Notes under the pieces: generated by a model
The model's database searches: none
Told to the model about the DNA's origin: nothing
What the model saw: only the letters and a program-made list of their open reading frames with translations
Position numbers and translations under genes: made by a program
Shown here: one piece after another, positions 48,901 to 57,093 of the stretch
How positions within the stretch are numbered: position 1 is the first letter of the stretch
Layout of the letters: every line of letters begins with the position of its first letter
Origin: Hypanus sabinus
Taxonomy: Eukaryota
Direction of reading: 5' to 3'
DNA length: 64,000 nucleotides
NCBI RefSeq assembly: GCF_030144855.1
Contig: NC_082732.1
Coordinates: forward strand, 21,762,001-21,826,000

Positions 48901-51900
48901 CTACTGAAACAAACATTTGTCGGCCGATAGATCCTACAAGGGGGGCGGGTGCTCTGTCGCACTTCCTGCTCGGTCAGCCGCACTCTCCGGACTGTGACCG
49001 CCGCAGCCCCGGAACGGGGACCTACGGCCCTGACATTGTCCTCTTACCCCACCCATGACCAGCCACACCTGGCCAAGGCACCTGGCGGCAGGTGGGTGGG
49101 AGGCTGAGTTCGGGCCCGGAGGCTGTCTAATGAGGCAATGTCTCAAAACTGCTTCAGTACCCTGAGTCCAAGCACCCAGCACTTAAAGATGAACCTGCTG
49201 GGTTTTCTCAGTGGAAAAAAACGTGAGCAAGTGGGACAGAAGCCCCGAGCCGCGAAAACTAGAATAGGCTGTACATAGGGAACCTGCTTCGAGTATCGCT
49301 GTATTCCAGTTGTGTTTAACACCTCCCCGCCCCCGTCGGCCAGACCACAAGGATATTATCAATATTAAACCAGTCCGCGGTGCAAAAAAAAAGGATGGGT
49401 ACCCCCCCCCCCCCCCCCCCCCCCGTGTTTGTATATTATTTCTACTTCCGAGTTGTGGGGTTTTACTTCTGGTCTTTTCTGTCCTGGTGCGCATGCGTGT
49501 AGCTAATTGATGTGGGGTCAATCTTGCCTTTTACTAAGGCTGAGGTAGGGGATCTCGGGCTTAAAAAGTTTGGTGACCACTATTCTAATCTAAATTACTA
49601 ATGAATCTGCTTTCAACACCCTTTCTCCTCCAGTGCAAATAGTTATTCCTTAAACAAACTAAGCAATTCATTGTAGTTTTTAAGTGAAATCTCTTAAGCT
49701 GGACTACTACGAGAATCGTCATCTCCTCATATAATTAATTTATTTCTTCCTGGTACCCTTGACATCCTTCATTCAGTACATTCAAAATTAAACAGTATGA
49801 GAGCTGAGACTGAACAAGCATGCTTTTTAATACAGTTGCAAGAAAAAGTTTGAACTCTTTGCTATTACCTGGTTTTCTACATTAGTTACCCAAAAAATGT
49901 GGTCTGATCTTCATCTAAGTCACAATAATAGACAAATACAATCTGCCTCAACTAGTAACACACAAACAATTGTACTTTTCGTTAAACTGAGTACACCATC
50001 TGAACAATCACAGCCTAGGTTCAAAAAAGTATGTGAACCTTGGGGATAATGCCATCTACAATAGCTATTTGGAGTCAGGTGCTCCAACCAATGAGATGAG
50101 ATTGGATTGTCGAGGTCGGGTGCCCTGCCCTATAAAAAGGAAAGTCAGGTTACCGACATAGCCTGCTCATCTGTTTATCTGCACCATGCTTCAATCAAAA
50201 CAATTTTCAGAGGACCTCAGGAGAATTGCAGAGATGCATGAAGCTGCAAAAGGCTCCAAGGGCATTTCTAAAGACCTGAGTGTTTATCAGTCTACAGTAA
50301 GAGAAATTGCCTACAAAAATGGAAGAAATACAATACTGTTGCTATTCTCTCCAGGAGTGGGTGCCCTGCAAAGATCACACCAAGAGCACAACATGGAGGG
50401 CTGAAGAAGGTGAAAAAGGACCCAAGGGTTACAGCAAGAGGCCAGCAGAAATCTCTAGAACTTGCTGCAGTCTCTGTTCATGTGTCCACTATAAAAACAT
50501 TGAACAAGAAGTGTTCATGGAAGGACACCATGGAGTAAACGACTGCTCCCCAAAAATAAAATTGTTGCACATCTCAAGCTTGCAAAAGACCACCTAGATG
50601 TTGGACAATGTTCTGTAGACAGATGAGACAAAAGTCAAACTTTTTAGCAGAAATTAAAACTTTTATGTTGGGGGGGGGGGGGAAGGGCACTGCACACCAA
50701 CACCAAAACCTCATCCCAAATATGAAGCATGTGGAAGAAGCATCATAGCTTGGGGCTGCGTTGCTGACTCAGAGCCCAGACAGATCGTCATCATTGAGAG
50801 AACAACCAATTCAATATTGTATCAAGACATTTTACAGGAGAATGTCAGGATAGCGGTCCGTCACCTGAAGCTTAATAGAAGTTGGATGACAAAACAAAAC
50901 AATGATCCAAAACACAAGAGTAAATCAACAAAAGAATGGTTTAAAAAGAAAATGCATGTCTTGGAATGGCCAAGTCAGAGACCAGACCTCAACCCAATTG
51001 AAATGCTGTGGCATATCCTGAAGAGGGCCATTCATGCAAGATATCCCAGAAATATTGATGAACTGAAACAGTTTTGTATGGAGGAATGGTCTAAAATTTC
51101 TCTTCCCCATTGTGCAAATCTGATCAGCAGCTACAGGAAACGTTTGGTGGAGGTTATCGCTGCTAAAGGAGGTTCTACCAATTATTAAGTACAAGGCTCC
51201 ACATACTTTTTCCAGCCTGGACTGTGCACGATTAAACAATGTGATCACTAAAGAATTGAAGGTAGATTGTGTTTGTCTATTATTGTGACTTAGATGATGA
51301 CAAAACCACACTTTATAAGTAATTAATGTAGGAAACCAGGTTCACAAAGGGTTCACAAACTTTTTCTTGCAACTATATAAAGGTTTTCCATAGCTATCAT
51401 ACAATGGCTATATTAAAAAAAAAGCCTTTTAAAACTGCTCCAAGATTGCTGGAACCCATTAGGCCACCTTGCTTTTGGTGATTTTTTTTATTACATGGTG
51501 GCTAATAGAAATTTAAAGGTATTATCAAGTGATGTTATCTGGACTGTTGGAGATAATAGGAAGATGACTGTTGGGAATAAACAGTGAGAAGTTTCTTGCT
51601 GTAATCAGAACCAAAGCTGTCTGGTTGTAGAGGTGCTGCTGAGTTGATTCCAAACATACTAGGCACAAAAGCGTTATTCAGCCCACCAGGACGACACTGG
51701 CTCCTAATGAAGCAATCAGACCATCCCTTCCTATAGCTCTGCAACTTGTTCTGTCACACCCCTCAACTCAACAAGATATCTCTATTCATAGAGGCATAAT
51801 ACTTGGGAGCATCTATAGCTGCTCTAGCAAACAGGCTTCAATTATAATAACTGATGCAAAGTAGTCCAAATGAAATGGTGCAGATGAGGATAACTGGGTC

Positions 51901-53836
51901 TGACAAATATAATAGATGGGTGACTTTTGATCTTTCTTATGGATGATGTGTACGTGATTTACACTCTCATGCACAAGGTCATTAAACCTTTGAAACCACG
52001 GTTGAAGCAAATCGACCACTTCCACATACAAGTCCATGTCACATTAAGCCATGTAATGTAAGTAACATAAAGGATTACCACATACTCTTCTTTTTAATAC
52101 TCACAATATCTGGTTTTGGTAACTTGCTGTACTTCTTGGGGTCATCACTGTCATCATCCTGTTGCTGCCTCTGCGGCTGCCTGGGCTTTCTTCTACTAGA
52201 TGGGCAAAGCAACCAATAATTAAAAATGTAGTTATATAAAAAATACTTAGTCTAAGAGTAACAAATTTAGATAACATCATGCTTTTACTTTGCACAATGA
52301 TATACCCAGGCTGCAATTGCTTCCACTGTTTGCAAGAAGTTAGCACATTCTCCCATTTACCTCGTAGGCTTCCCCTGGGGGCTCTGATTTTCTCCCAAAT
52401 TAGTAAATTGTGGCCATGCTAAGTTGGTGCCAGAAACATGACCACAATTGTGGACTGCCCCCACACATCCTCAGACTGTACTGGTCGTTGACACAAACAG
52501 CGCATTTCACTGTGTGTTTCAATGTACGTGTTATTGGCACAGATGGTTATGTACACATATTCCTGTATATTTTTAAATGCAGAATTTAGTGTTTCTTTAC
52601 ACAATCATGAGCAGACCAGTACAGCAATGTACAAAATCAAGGTATTCTTTATACCTAATGAGCAAGTTTTATGGCACAGTCTCCAACCCGACTGAAATGT
52701 ATCTACAGATTATCTTCATTATCATTATCACATCATGCACAAAACGCTGGAGAAACTCAGCAGGCCAGGCTGCATCTATGGAAAAGAGTACAGTCGATGT
52801 TTTGGGTCCAGACCCTTTAGCAGGTCAATCAGTGAGCAGGTTAAACTTTCAAATGGATTGGTTTGAATAGGATGTTTATCATGGTCTTAAAGGGATGAAG
52901 CACAAGTCTTAATTATGGTATTAAGCGATCTGTTTGCAGTTCTCAGCAGGCCAGGCAGCATCTATAGCAATGAATAAACAGTCCACATATTGGGCTGAGA
53001 CCCTTCTTCCAAGACTGGAAAGGTAAGTGGAAAACGCCCAAATAAAAAGGTGCGGGGAGGGGAAGGAGGCTAGCTAGAAGGTGATAGGTGAAGCCAAGAG
53101 GGTGGGAAAAGTAAAGGGCTGGAGAGGAAGGAATCTGATGGGAAAGAAGAGTGGACAAAGGAAAGGAGGTGAGGCATTAAATCTTCTCGACAACAGGTCT
53201 TTCTAATCACCAACTGCAATTCAACTGACAGTTCTCACACAATTTATGCAGGTTTACATCTCATTCAGATTGCATCCAAGTGAAAGATAAAGGGGAGAAA
53301 TTGTTTTATATGTTGCTCCACAGTGCAACATCTGCAGCCCCCTACAACAGTTATCCAGTTGACATTACATTCAGGGTCGTGGGATCGCGCACCATGCAGT
53401 TAAATAAAGACTTGCTGGCGGTAAAGCGACTCGCGAAGCTGAAGAACACGCACAAAATGCTGGAAGAACTCAGTGCTTTAGGCGGCGTCTGTAGAGGGAA
53501 ATGAACAGTCGACGTTTTGTGCTGCCTCGGCCTGAATCGTCGGCTGCTCATTTTCCGCTAATAATGCTGCCCGACCTGCTGAGTTCCTCCACTATTTGCA
53601 GAATATCTTGCGCATCGAGATGCTGAAGCGGAAAAAGGCGACGCATCTCCTCGCCGGCAATTCTCGCCTTCGGCTCCCGCGCCTCTATTACCAGGAACCC
53701 TCCCTGACCTGAACTCTTCCCCTCTGAAAACAAAACCCTTAATCTTTTCCATTCCTCCGCTTCCCCGAACAAAACTCGTTTCTCCTTCCAACAACATCCC
53801 TTCCCTTGAATCCAGACCTGTTTCTTACCTTCGCAT
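24867..53836 (-). CDS. UTP3: UTP3 / SAS10 small subunit processome component, 16 coding exons, 491 aa
   Basis: join(53829..53836,52105..52195,46891..46947,46205..46261,44743..44887,44449..44523,41544..41665,39898..40050,38849..38920,38713..38753,37303..37399,36715..36888,35380..35498,30488..30554,27801..27908,24867..24956) = 1476 nt with all phases consistent. Sas10/Utp3 motifs AWGQKKKSYY, KESPELLELIQDFK, LNYCTNISFYLVLKAKRIPVQNHPVIERL and Sas10 C-terminus KRKITYQIAKNKGLTPKRKKIDRNPRVKHREKFRRAKIRRKGQVREVRREEQRYCGELSGIRAGVKKSIKLH. Confidence 0.95.
25670..27254 (-). mobile_element. Full-length Tc1 (DD34E) transposon with about 210-bp IR/DR TIRs; transposase 25891-26898 disrupted
   Basis: TA TSD 25668-69 and 27255-56; TIR cagaccccatttccagaaaagttgg / ccaacttttctggaaatggggtttg; MGRGSPLC..HTH, VMVWGCISAHG, FQQDNA-(34)-SPDLPTIENVW; frameshifts and a premature stop. 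Confidence 0.95.
27420..27725 (-). mobile_element. tRNA-derived SINE (V-SINE/HE1-like)
   Basis: tgtgggaggaaaccggagca core; second copy at 47160-47440 and opposite-strand relative at about 52310-52530. Confidence 0.55.
27801..27908 (-). CDS. UTP3: UTP3 exon 15
   Basis: IAKNKGLTPKRKKIDRNPRVKHREKFRRAKIRRKGQ. Confidence 0.97.
29828..30410. mobile_element. TA-flanked Tc1/mariner-like MITE composite inserted in a Rex1 3' tail, itself carrying a Penelope-terminus insert at 29953-30033
   Basis: cagtac..caaaaatctta / taagactttt.cacagtactg inverted repeats; inner insert has 9-bp TSD ATTTCATGA at 29944-29952 and 30034-30042. Confidence 0.5.
30488..30554 (-). CDS. UTP3: UTP3 exon 14
   Basis: (S)NESTATVQEMLGADEKRKITYQ; tttcag| ... 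|gtatat. Confidence 0.92.
30625..33477. mobile_element. Old hAT (Charlie-like) MITE hosting the L1 insertion
   Basis: cagtggttctc... and ...aaaaaggttgagaaccac termini; 8-bp flanks GCTTAGAG / GTCTACAG match only partly. Confidence 0.5.
30703..32699 (-). mobile_element. L1-clade retrotransposon with ORF1 (31462-32551, frameshifted) and only a 158-bp ORF2 remnant (30943-31100)
   Basis: ORF1p coiled coil plus LENSSRQNNIKIVGLMEG, IEIERAHR, FYYPDISYDLLKRRKEF; G-rich 5' end; poly(A) at about 30703-30740; near-TSD GAGATAG / GCGATAG. Confidence 0.88.
33480..34640 (-). mobile_element. CR1-clade LINE RT fragment interrupted by a solo LTR
   Basis: GFLKGKSCPTNQLEFFE, VDVVYLDFQMTFDK, LFTLCINDLD, LQKDLDRLGE. 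Confidence 0.8.
33626..34295. mobile_element. Solo LTR, 670 bp
   Basis: TGT...ACA termini; perfect 5-bp TSD CAGCC at 33621-33625 and 34296-34300; removing it restores the CR1 sequence. Confidence 0.85.
35380..35498 (-). CDS. UTP3: UTP3 exon 13
   Basis: VTSEEVSKDLKYDMSAEAGLLCHNNMKDTLPQKRKMEKD; atgtag| ... AG|gtaagg. Confidence 0.82.
36715..36888 (-). CDS. UTP3: UTP3 exon 12
   Basis: LINDLPVVDVKLPSDIQQNL...PKAGQRTK; donor gtaaag chosen by phase. Confidence 0.85.
37303..37399 (-). CDS. UTP3: UTP3 exon 11
   Basis: YCTNISFYLVLKAKRIPVQNHPVIERLLSYRN. Confidence 0.96.
38713..38753 (-). CDS. UTP3: UTP3 exon 10
   Basis: DVLYVQTKYHLYL(N); follows a 95-nt intron. Confidence 0.92.
38849..38920 (-). 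CDS. UTP3: UTP3 exon 9
   Basis: LVELKEELQPLMELVQNGRIPAEK. Confidence 0.94.
39898..40050 (-). CDS. UTP3: UTP3 exon 8
   Basis: AFAQEQEAEKASGKDLKIKKDLNKMSQKEKLKLLKKESPELLELIQDFKEK; donor gtcggc. Confidence 0.94.
41544..41665 (-). CDS. UTP3: UTP3 exon 7
   Basis: RGKKQAEALAEAEEEEQEAINIQKRLAENLSEDDFGLDLIQ. Confidence 0.95.
42490..44420 (-). mobile_element. Old, heavily decayed CR1-clade LINE (endonuclease-linker-RT start)
   Basis: Minus-strand similarity to the 5358-6250 region (gggatattccgcagg, gataatcctggaaactagactggtg); no long ORFs. Confidence 0.6.
44449..44523 (-). CDS. UTP3: UTP3 exon 6
   Basis: GLPSALAWGQKKKSYYSTDYVDELP; ttgcag| ... C|gtaagt. Confidence 0.94.
44743..44887 (-). CDS. UTP3: UTP3 exon 5 (acidic tract)
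   Basis: EEVMPLDLADSDEDDDDEGEAEAMEEDDEDEYEEEVDMDSDLEGKLEE; aaacag| ... G|gttggt. Confidence 0.92.
46205..46261 (-). CDS. UTP3: UTP3 exon 4
   Basis: KLLADGPARDNLSEDSLDE; tttcag| ... |gtgtgt. Confidence 0.85.
46891..46947 (-). CDS. UTP3: UTP3 exon 3
   Basis: NSSEYYNDDVDEFHEKKLE; ttgtag| ... |gtaagt. Confidence 0.92.
47725..48398 (+). mobile_element. CpG-rich non-coding retroelement (5' AAGATGGCG, 3' AATAAA and (AATCT)n tail)
   Basis: Tail resumes at 49583-49591 after a MITE; near-TSD AAATTA(C)TAATGA at 47713-47724 and 49592-49604. Confidence 0.6.
48400..49582. mobile_element. hAT (Charlie-like) MITE with a second MITE nested at about 48584-49405
   Basis: TIRs tagtggtcgccaac / gtttggtgaccacta; 8-bp flanks ATCTAATG / TTCTAATC; inner cagtggtccccaacc...aaaaaggatgggtacccc. 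Confidence 0.7.
49833..51375 (+). mobile_element. Full-length Tc1 transposon (Frog Prince/Sleeping Beauty-like IR/DR); transposase 50186-51188 disrupted
   Basis: TA flanks 49831-32 and 51376-77; TIR cagttgcaagaaaaagtttg / caaactttttcttgcaacta; inner DRs near 50024 and 51195; SEDLRR..KGSKGISKDL, QNNDPKHKSKST, WPSQRPDLNPIEMLW, VIAAKGGSTNY. Confidence 0.93.
52105..52195 (-). CDS. UTP3: UTP3 exon 2
   Basis: catctag|T AGA AGA AAG...GAT ATT|gtgagt; RRKPRQPQRQQQDDDSDDPKKYSKLPKPDI; tandem TAG/TAG/AAG acceptors. Confidence 0.8.
52735..53175 (-). mobile_element. Two Penelope-like terminal fragments
   Basis: ctcagcaggccaggcagcatctat core and degenerate hammerhead boxes; further copies at 15848-15935, 53445-53610 and 55306-55700. 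Confidence 0.7.
53829..53836 (-). CDS. UTP3: UTP3 exon 1 coding part (8 nt)
   Basis: gagaccATGCGAAG|gtaaga in CpG island; supplies the phase-2 junction required by exon 2; inferred, not transcript-confirmed. Confidence 0.65.
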
Positions 53837-54641
53837 GGTCTCCAACAGGAAGTCGTTGGTGTTCCCATCCTTAATGTCCCCCGGCAAACACCTTCAAAAA
53901 TTATTATCGTTCTCCGTTGCAGGACAGAGACAAACCATGAAATATTAATCACTGCTTTTCCACAGATTTTAAATATGCTGATAGATGTTTCTTTTTATTT
54001 ATTAGATTGTTGTAGTTCGAATGTGCAGCAAATTCATTATTTATTTTGCGTTTATTTGTCAACCCGGAATTGTTTTCTACTCGGACAACGGCCGGTTAAT
54101 TTCATTGCCGTCGGTAGAGGGGGTACTTAAATTAATTCACGATATATTTTGCAAGTTAAAAGATATTTAATTGACAATTAAAATCAGGAATTATTTTATT
54201 AATTATTTAGACTTGGACCTTGACGGTAATGTGAGACTGGTGCGAATTGACAACATTTGGAAGACATCTGAATAATGCCCTCCCCTGGACTATTCGGGTG
54301 GGCTGTGCCAGCTGCCTGGTAACGGGGCCGCGCCGCGCTGGGAAGGTGGGGCCGCCGTGGATGCTGACACGTCCCGGGTGGAGCGACTGTCAGTGCTGCA
54401 TCCAATACAGCGGGGTCCCCTTCAATGTTCAACTCGGAAACAGCGTCGTTAAGCAGCCCTGGCCCAAATTCTCCATCCTCGCTGTTGTCGTGAACGTAGC
54501 GAGAAAGGGGCTCGGAGGCCGGCGGAGCATCGATTCGGTGCATCAGCCGGTGTGGCGGCGGCATCATGAGGTCGGGACACGGCCTGACAGGTGGAGGAGC
54601 AGGAGTTGTCGAAGGAACCTGCTGAGCGTGAAGGGTGGAAG

Positions 54642-54659
54642 ATGGAGGGCAGTGGGGAG
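54642..54659 (+). CDS. Candidate first coding exon (MEGSGE) of an unidentified gene divergent from UTP3; possibly CCDC30 by synteny
   Basis: aagATGG Kozak context followed by GAG|gtaaac donor at the right edge of the CpG island; no downstream exon found in the window. Confidence 0.3.
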
Positions 54660-54904
54660 GTAAACATTAAAACGCAATTTCAATTCACTCTTTCAAGCGT
54701 TGTGCCCTCATGGTTCACAAAATATGGGATTCCTCGGTGCCTACAGCTCCGGATCTACATATTGGCGGGTAGTTTGACGGTAAAGGCCAACTGAACCCAA
54801 TTTATTTTCACTTAGTAACCATGCATGCACGAATTGTGATAAATGAACAACGAATGGGTATTTGATTTACTTACCTCTTCCTTATAGCAGAAGTATATGA
54901 CATA

Positions 54905-55273
54905 CACTCAATGACCACTTTATTAGATACCCCCTGTGCCTAATAAAGTGGCCCCTGAGTGTATGTTCGTGGTCTTCTGTTGCCGTAGCCCATCCACTTC
55001 CAGGTACGACGTGCTGTGCGTTCGAAGGTGCTCATTTGCACTTCACTGTTGTAACGCGCGGTCATTTGAATTACTGTCGTTTGCCTGTCAGCTGGAACCA
55101 GTCTGGTCAGGCTCCTCTGATCTCGCTCATTGACGAAATGTTTTTGCCCACAGAACTGCTGCTTATTGGAAGTTTTTAAATTGTTTTTTTTTTCACACCA
55201 TTCTCTGTAAACTTTCAAGACTTGTGCTTGAAAATCCTAGGAAATTAGCAGTTTCTGAGATACTCAAACCACC
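54905..55273 (-). mobile_element. Truncated non-autonomous Tc1-like element: TIR-TIR hairpin plus transposase N-terminal fragment
   Basis: TA-cactcaatgaccactttattag / ctaataaagtggcccctgagtg-TA; minus strand VYREWCEK..FCGQKHFVNERDQR..RRTWKWMGY. Confidence 0.7.
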
Positions 55274-57093
55274 TTGACTGGTTCTAGCTATCATTCTTTG
55301 TCAGGAAGCAACACACAAAATGCTGGAAGAACTCAGCAGACCAGGCAGCATCTGTGGGAAAGAGTAAACGGCGGGCATCTCAGGCTGAGCCCCTACATCA
55401 GGACCGGAAAGGAAGAGGGAAGTCAGAACAAGGTGGGGCCAATTGGTGAAAGAGATAAAGGGCTGGAGAGGGGGGAATCTGATAAGAGGACAGAAGACCG
55501 TGGAAGTAAGGGAAGGGGAGGAGCACCAGAGGGATGTGATGCCCCCTTCTTCACATTCACCATTCCCCATTTCTGTTTCCCTCCCACACCTCCCCTTCTT
55601 ACCTACTCATCACCTCCCTCTCCTTTCTTCCGTGGTCTTCTGTCTTCTATCAGATTCCCCCTTTTCTTGCCCTTTATCTGTTTCACCAATCGACTTCTAG
55701 GAATTCTTCATTGAATGAATTATCTTCCAGTAGAACTTGATGCTTACCCCAGTAGGCAACCATAGAGGCAATCCTTATAATATACAGTCCTGTGTTAACT
55801 AACACCTTTGGATAAACTTTGATAAAGACCACTCTTTTTCCAGTATCTCTTCATTAACCCATGGTTTAGTAAGGGACAGATGACAGTCTCACCTCTGCCA
55901 CAGCCAGCTTCGTGTGTAGTGTGCAATGCCTCTGGGACCTGAGCTGGACGAACTGAGAAGAATGCTTTTTGCCAACAGCCAAAATGTTGGTGCTTCACCA
56001 ACCGGAGCTGGAGGAACTCAGCACTCAGCAAATCGGGCAACAATGGAGAACATTTAACATTTCAGTCAAGATTCTTCATCGTTCTTTTGTGTCTCCAAGA
56101 CATTGGTGCTTGTTTGAATGTTCTGTTAAAGAACCATTCTGCTAAATAACTCTCAGTCTGCTCTGGGAACCATACATGGGACCCTTATCTATTTCCTTGT
56201 AGGGTCTGTAGGACATTCTATGTAGATTATTCTGAGATCAAAGACATTCTTCTGCACTAGTTTTGCTCCAAGGACTGCCTGCAGCAGAATTCGGATGAAA
56301 TGGCCAAACTCATTCTTCACAAAATTAGGCATAGAGACGTCAAGGCATGCTGCTAATTGAAAACAAAAAAAAATGCCAGAAATATATAGTAAGGCAGCAT
56401 CTGTGGAGTGAGAAGCAGAGTTAATGCTTTCAACCAATGATCTGTGCTGATAAAAGGTTCCAGTGATCTTAGAATAATGGAACATGTATGTTGTGCTGCA
56501 TAACAGTTTGACTCTGTGTGACAGTGTTGGTTGAAAAAGTATTTTTCTCTTAGAAATGATTACAGCGTTGGGGCATTGGTTTTAATTTTACAACATTCCC
56601 TAAATTCAGGGAATGTTCCATTAGCATTGATTGACATTTAGAAAATGTGTTTTTCTTTCTCATTTTACCTGCCAAAATTGTACATTCTCACATTGGTTTG
56701 CATTGTATTACATTTTTGACCTTATTATCTTACCAGCAAATTTAGCATTCATATTTCTTGTCTTGCTGTCATCCAAGTTGTTTATATACTTTGTAAAAGG
56801 TGAGAATTTAACATCAATCTTTGTGCTACACCTTTTTGCACCTTGCCATTCAGAAACAAATCTATTCATAATTACTGTTTCCTATTAACCAGCCAACGTT
56901 CTATGTATTTACAGCCTACACAGTAAACTTTTCTTTCTACAATAACTTTTGATAAGGAACCACATCAAAGCCTTCTAGAAATCTTACTGTACTTTCAGTG
57001 TAAATGTTACTTCTTCAAAGAAATTTAATAAATTGGTCATGACCTCGAACTTTACTGAATGATCCTCAATGTTTGCTTCAAACATGTTCCCTA

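Larger units (their letters stand above)
53380..54700. promoter_or_regulatory. CpG-island promoter region of UTP3, possibly bidirectional
   Basis: Two CpG-rich blocks (about 53380-53920 and 54220-54700); ETS core CAGGAAGT at 53846-53853 just upstream of the UTP3 ATG; X-box-like GCTGCCTGGTAAC at 54311-54323. Confidence 0.7.

Noticed and set aside
47694-49521. Cluster of 65-131-aa ORFs and apparent CpG island
   Set aside because: Lies wholly within nested young repeats; no splice structure or protein motif
53369-53395. Alternative UTP3 start MVRDPTTLN|gtaatg
   Set aside because: Phase 0 donor is incompatible with the phase-2 acceptors of exon 2; would need a poor internal acceptor. Not fully excluded without transcripts
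54199-54663. 122-aa minus and 138-aa plus ORFs in the CpG island
   Set aside because: No recognisable homology; long ORFs on both strands are expected in GC-rich, stop-poor sequence
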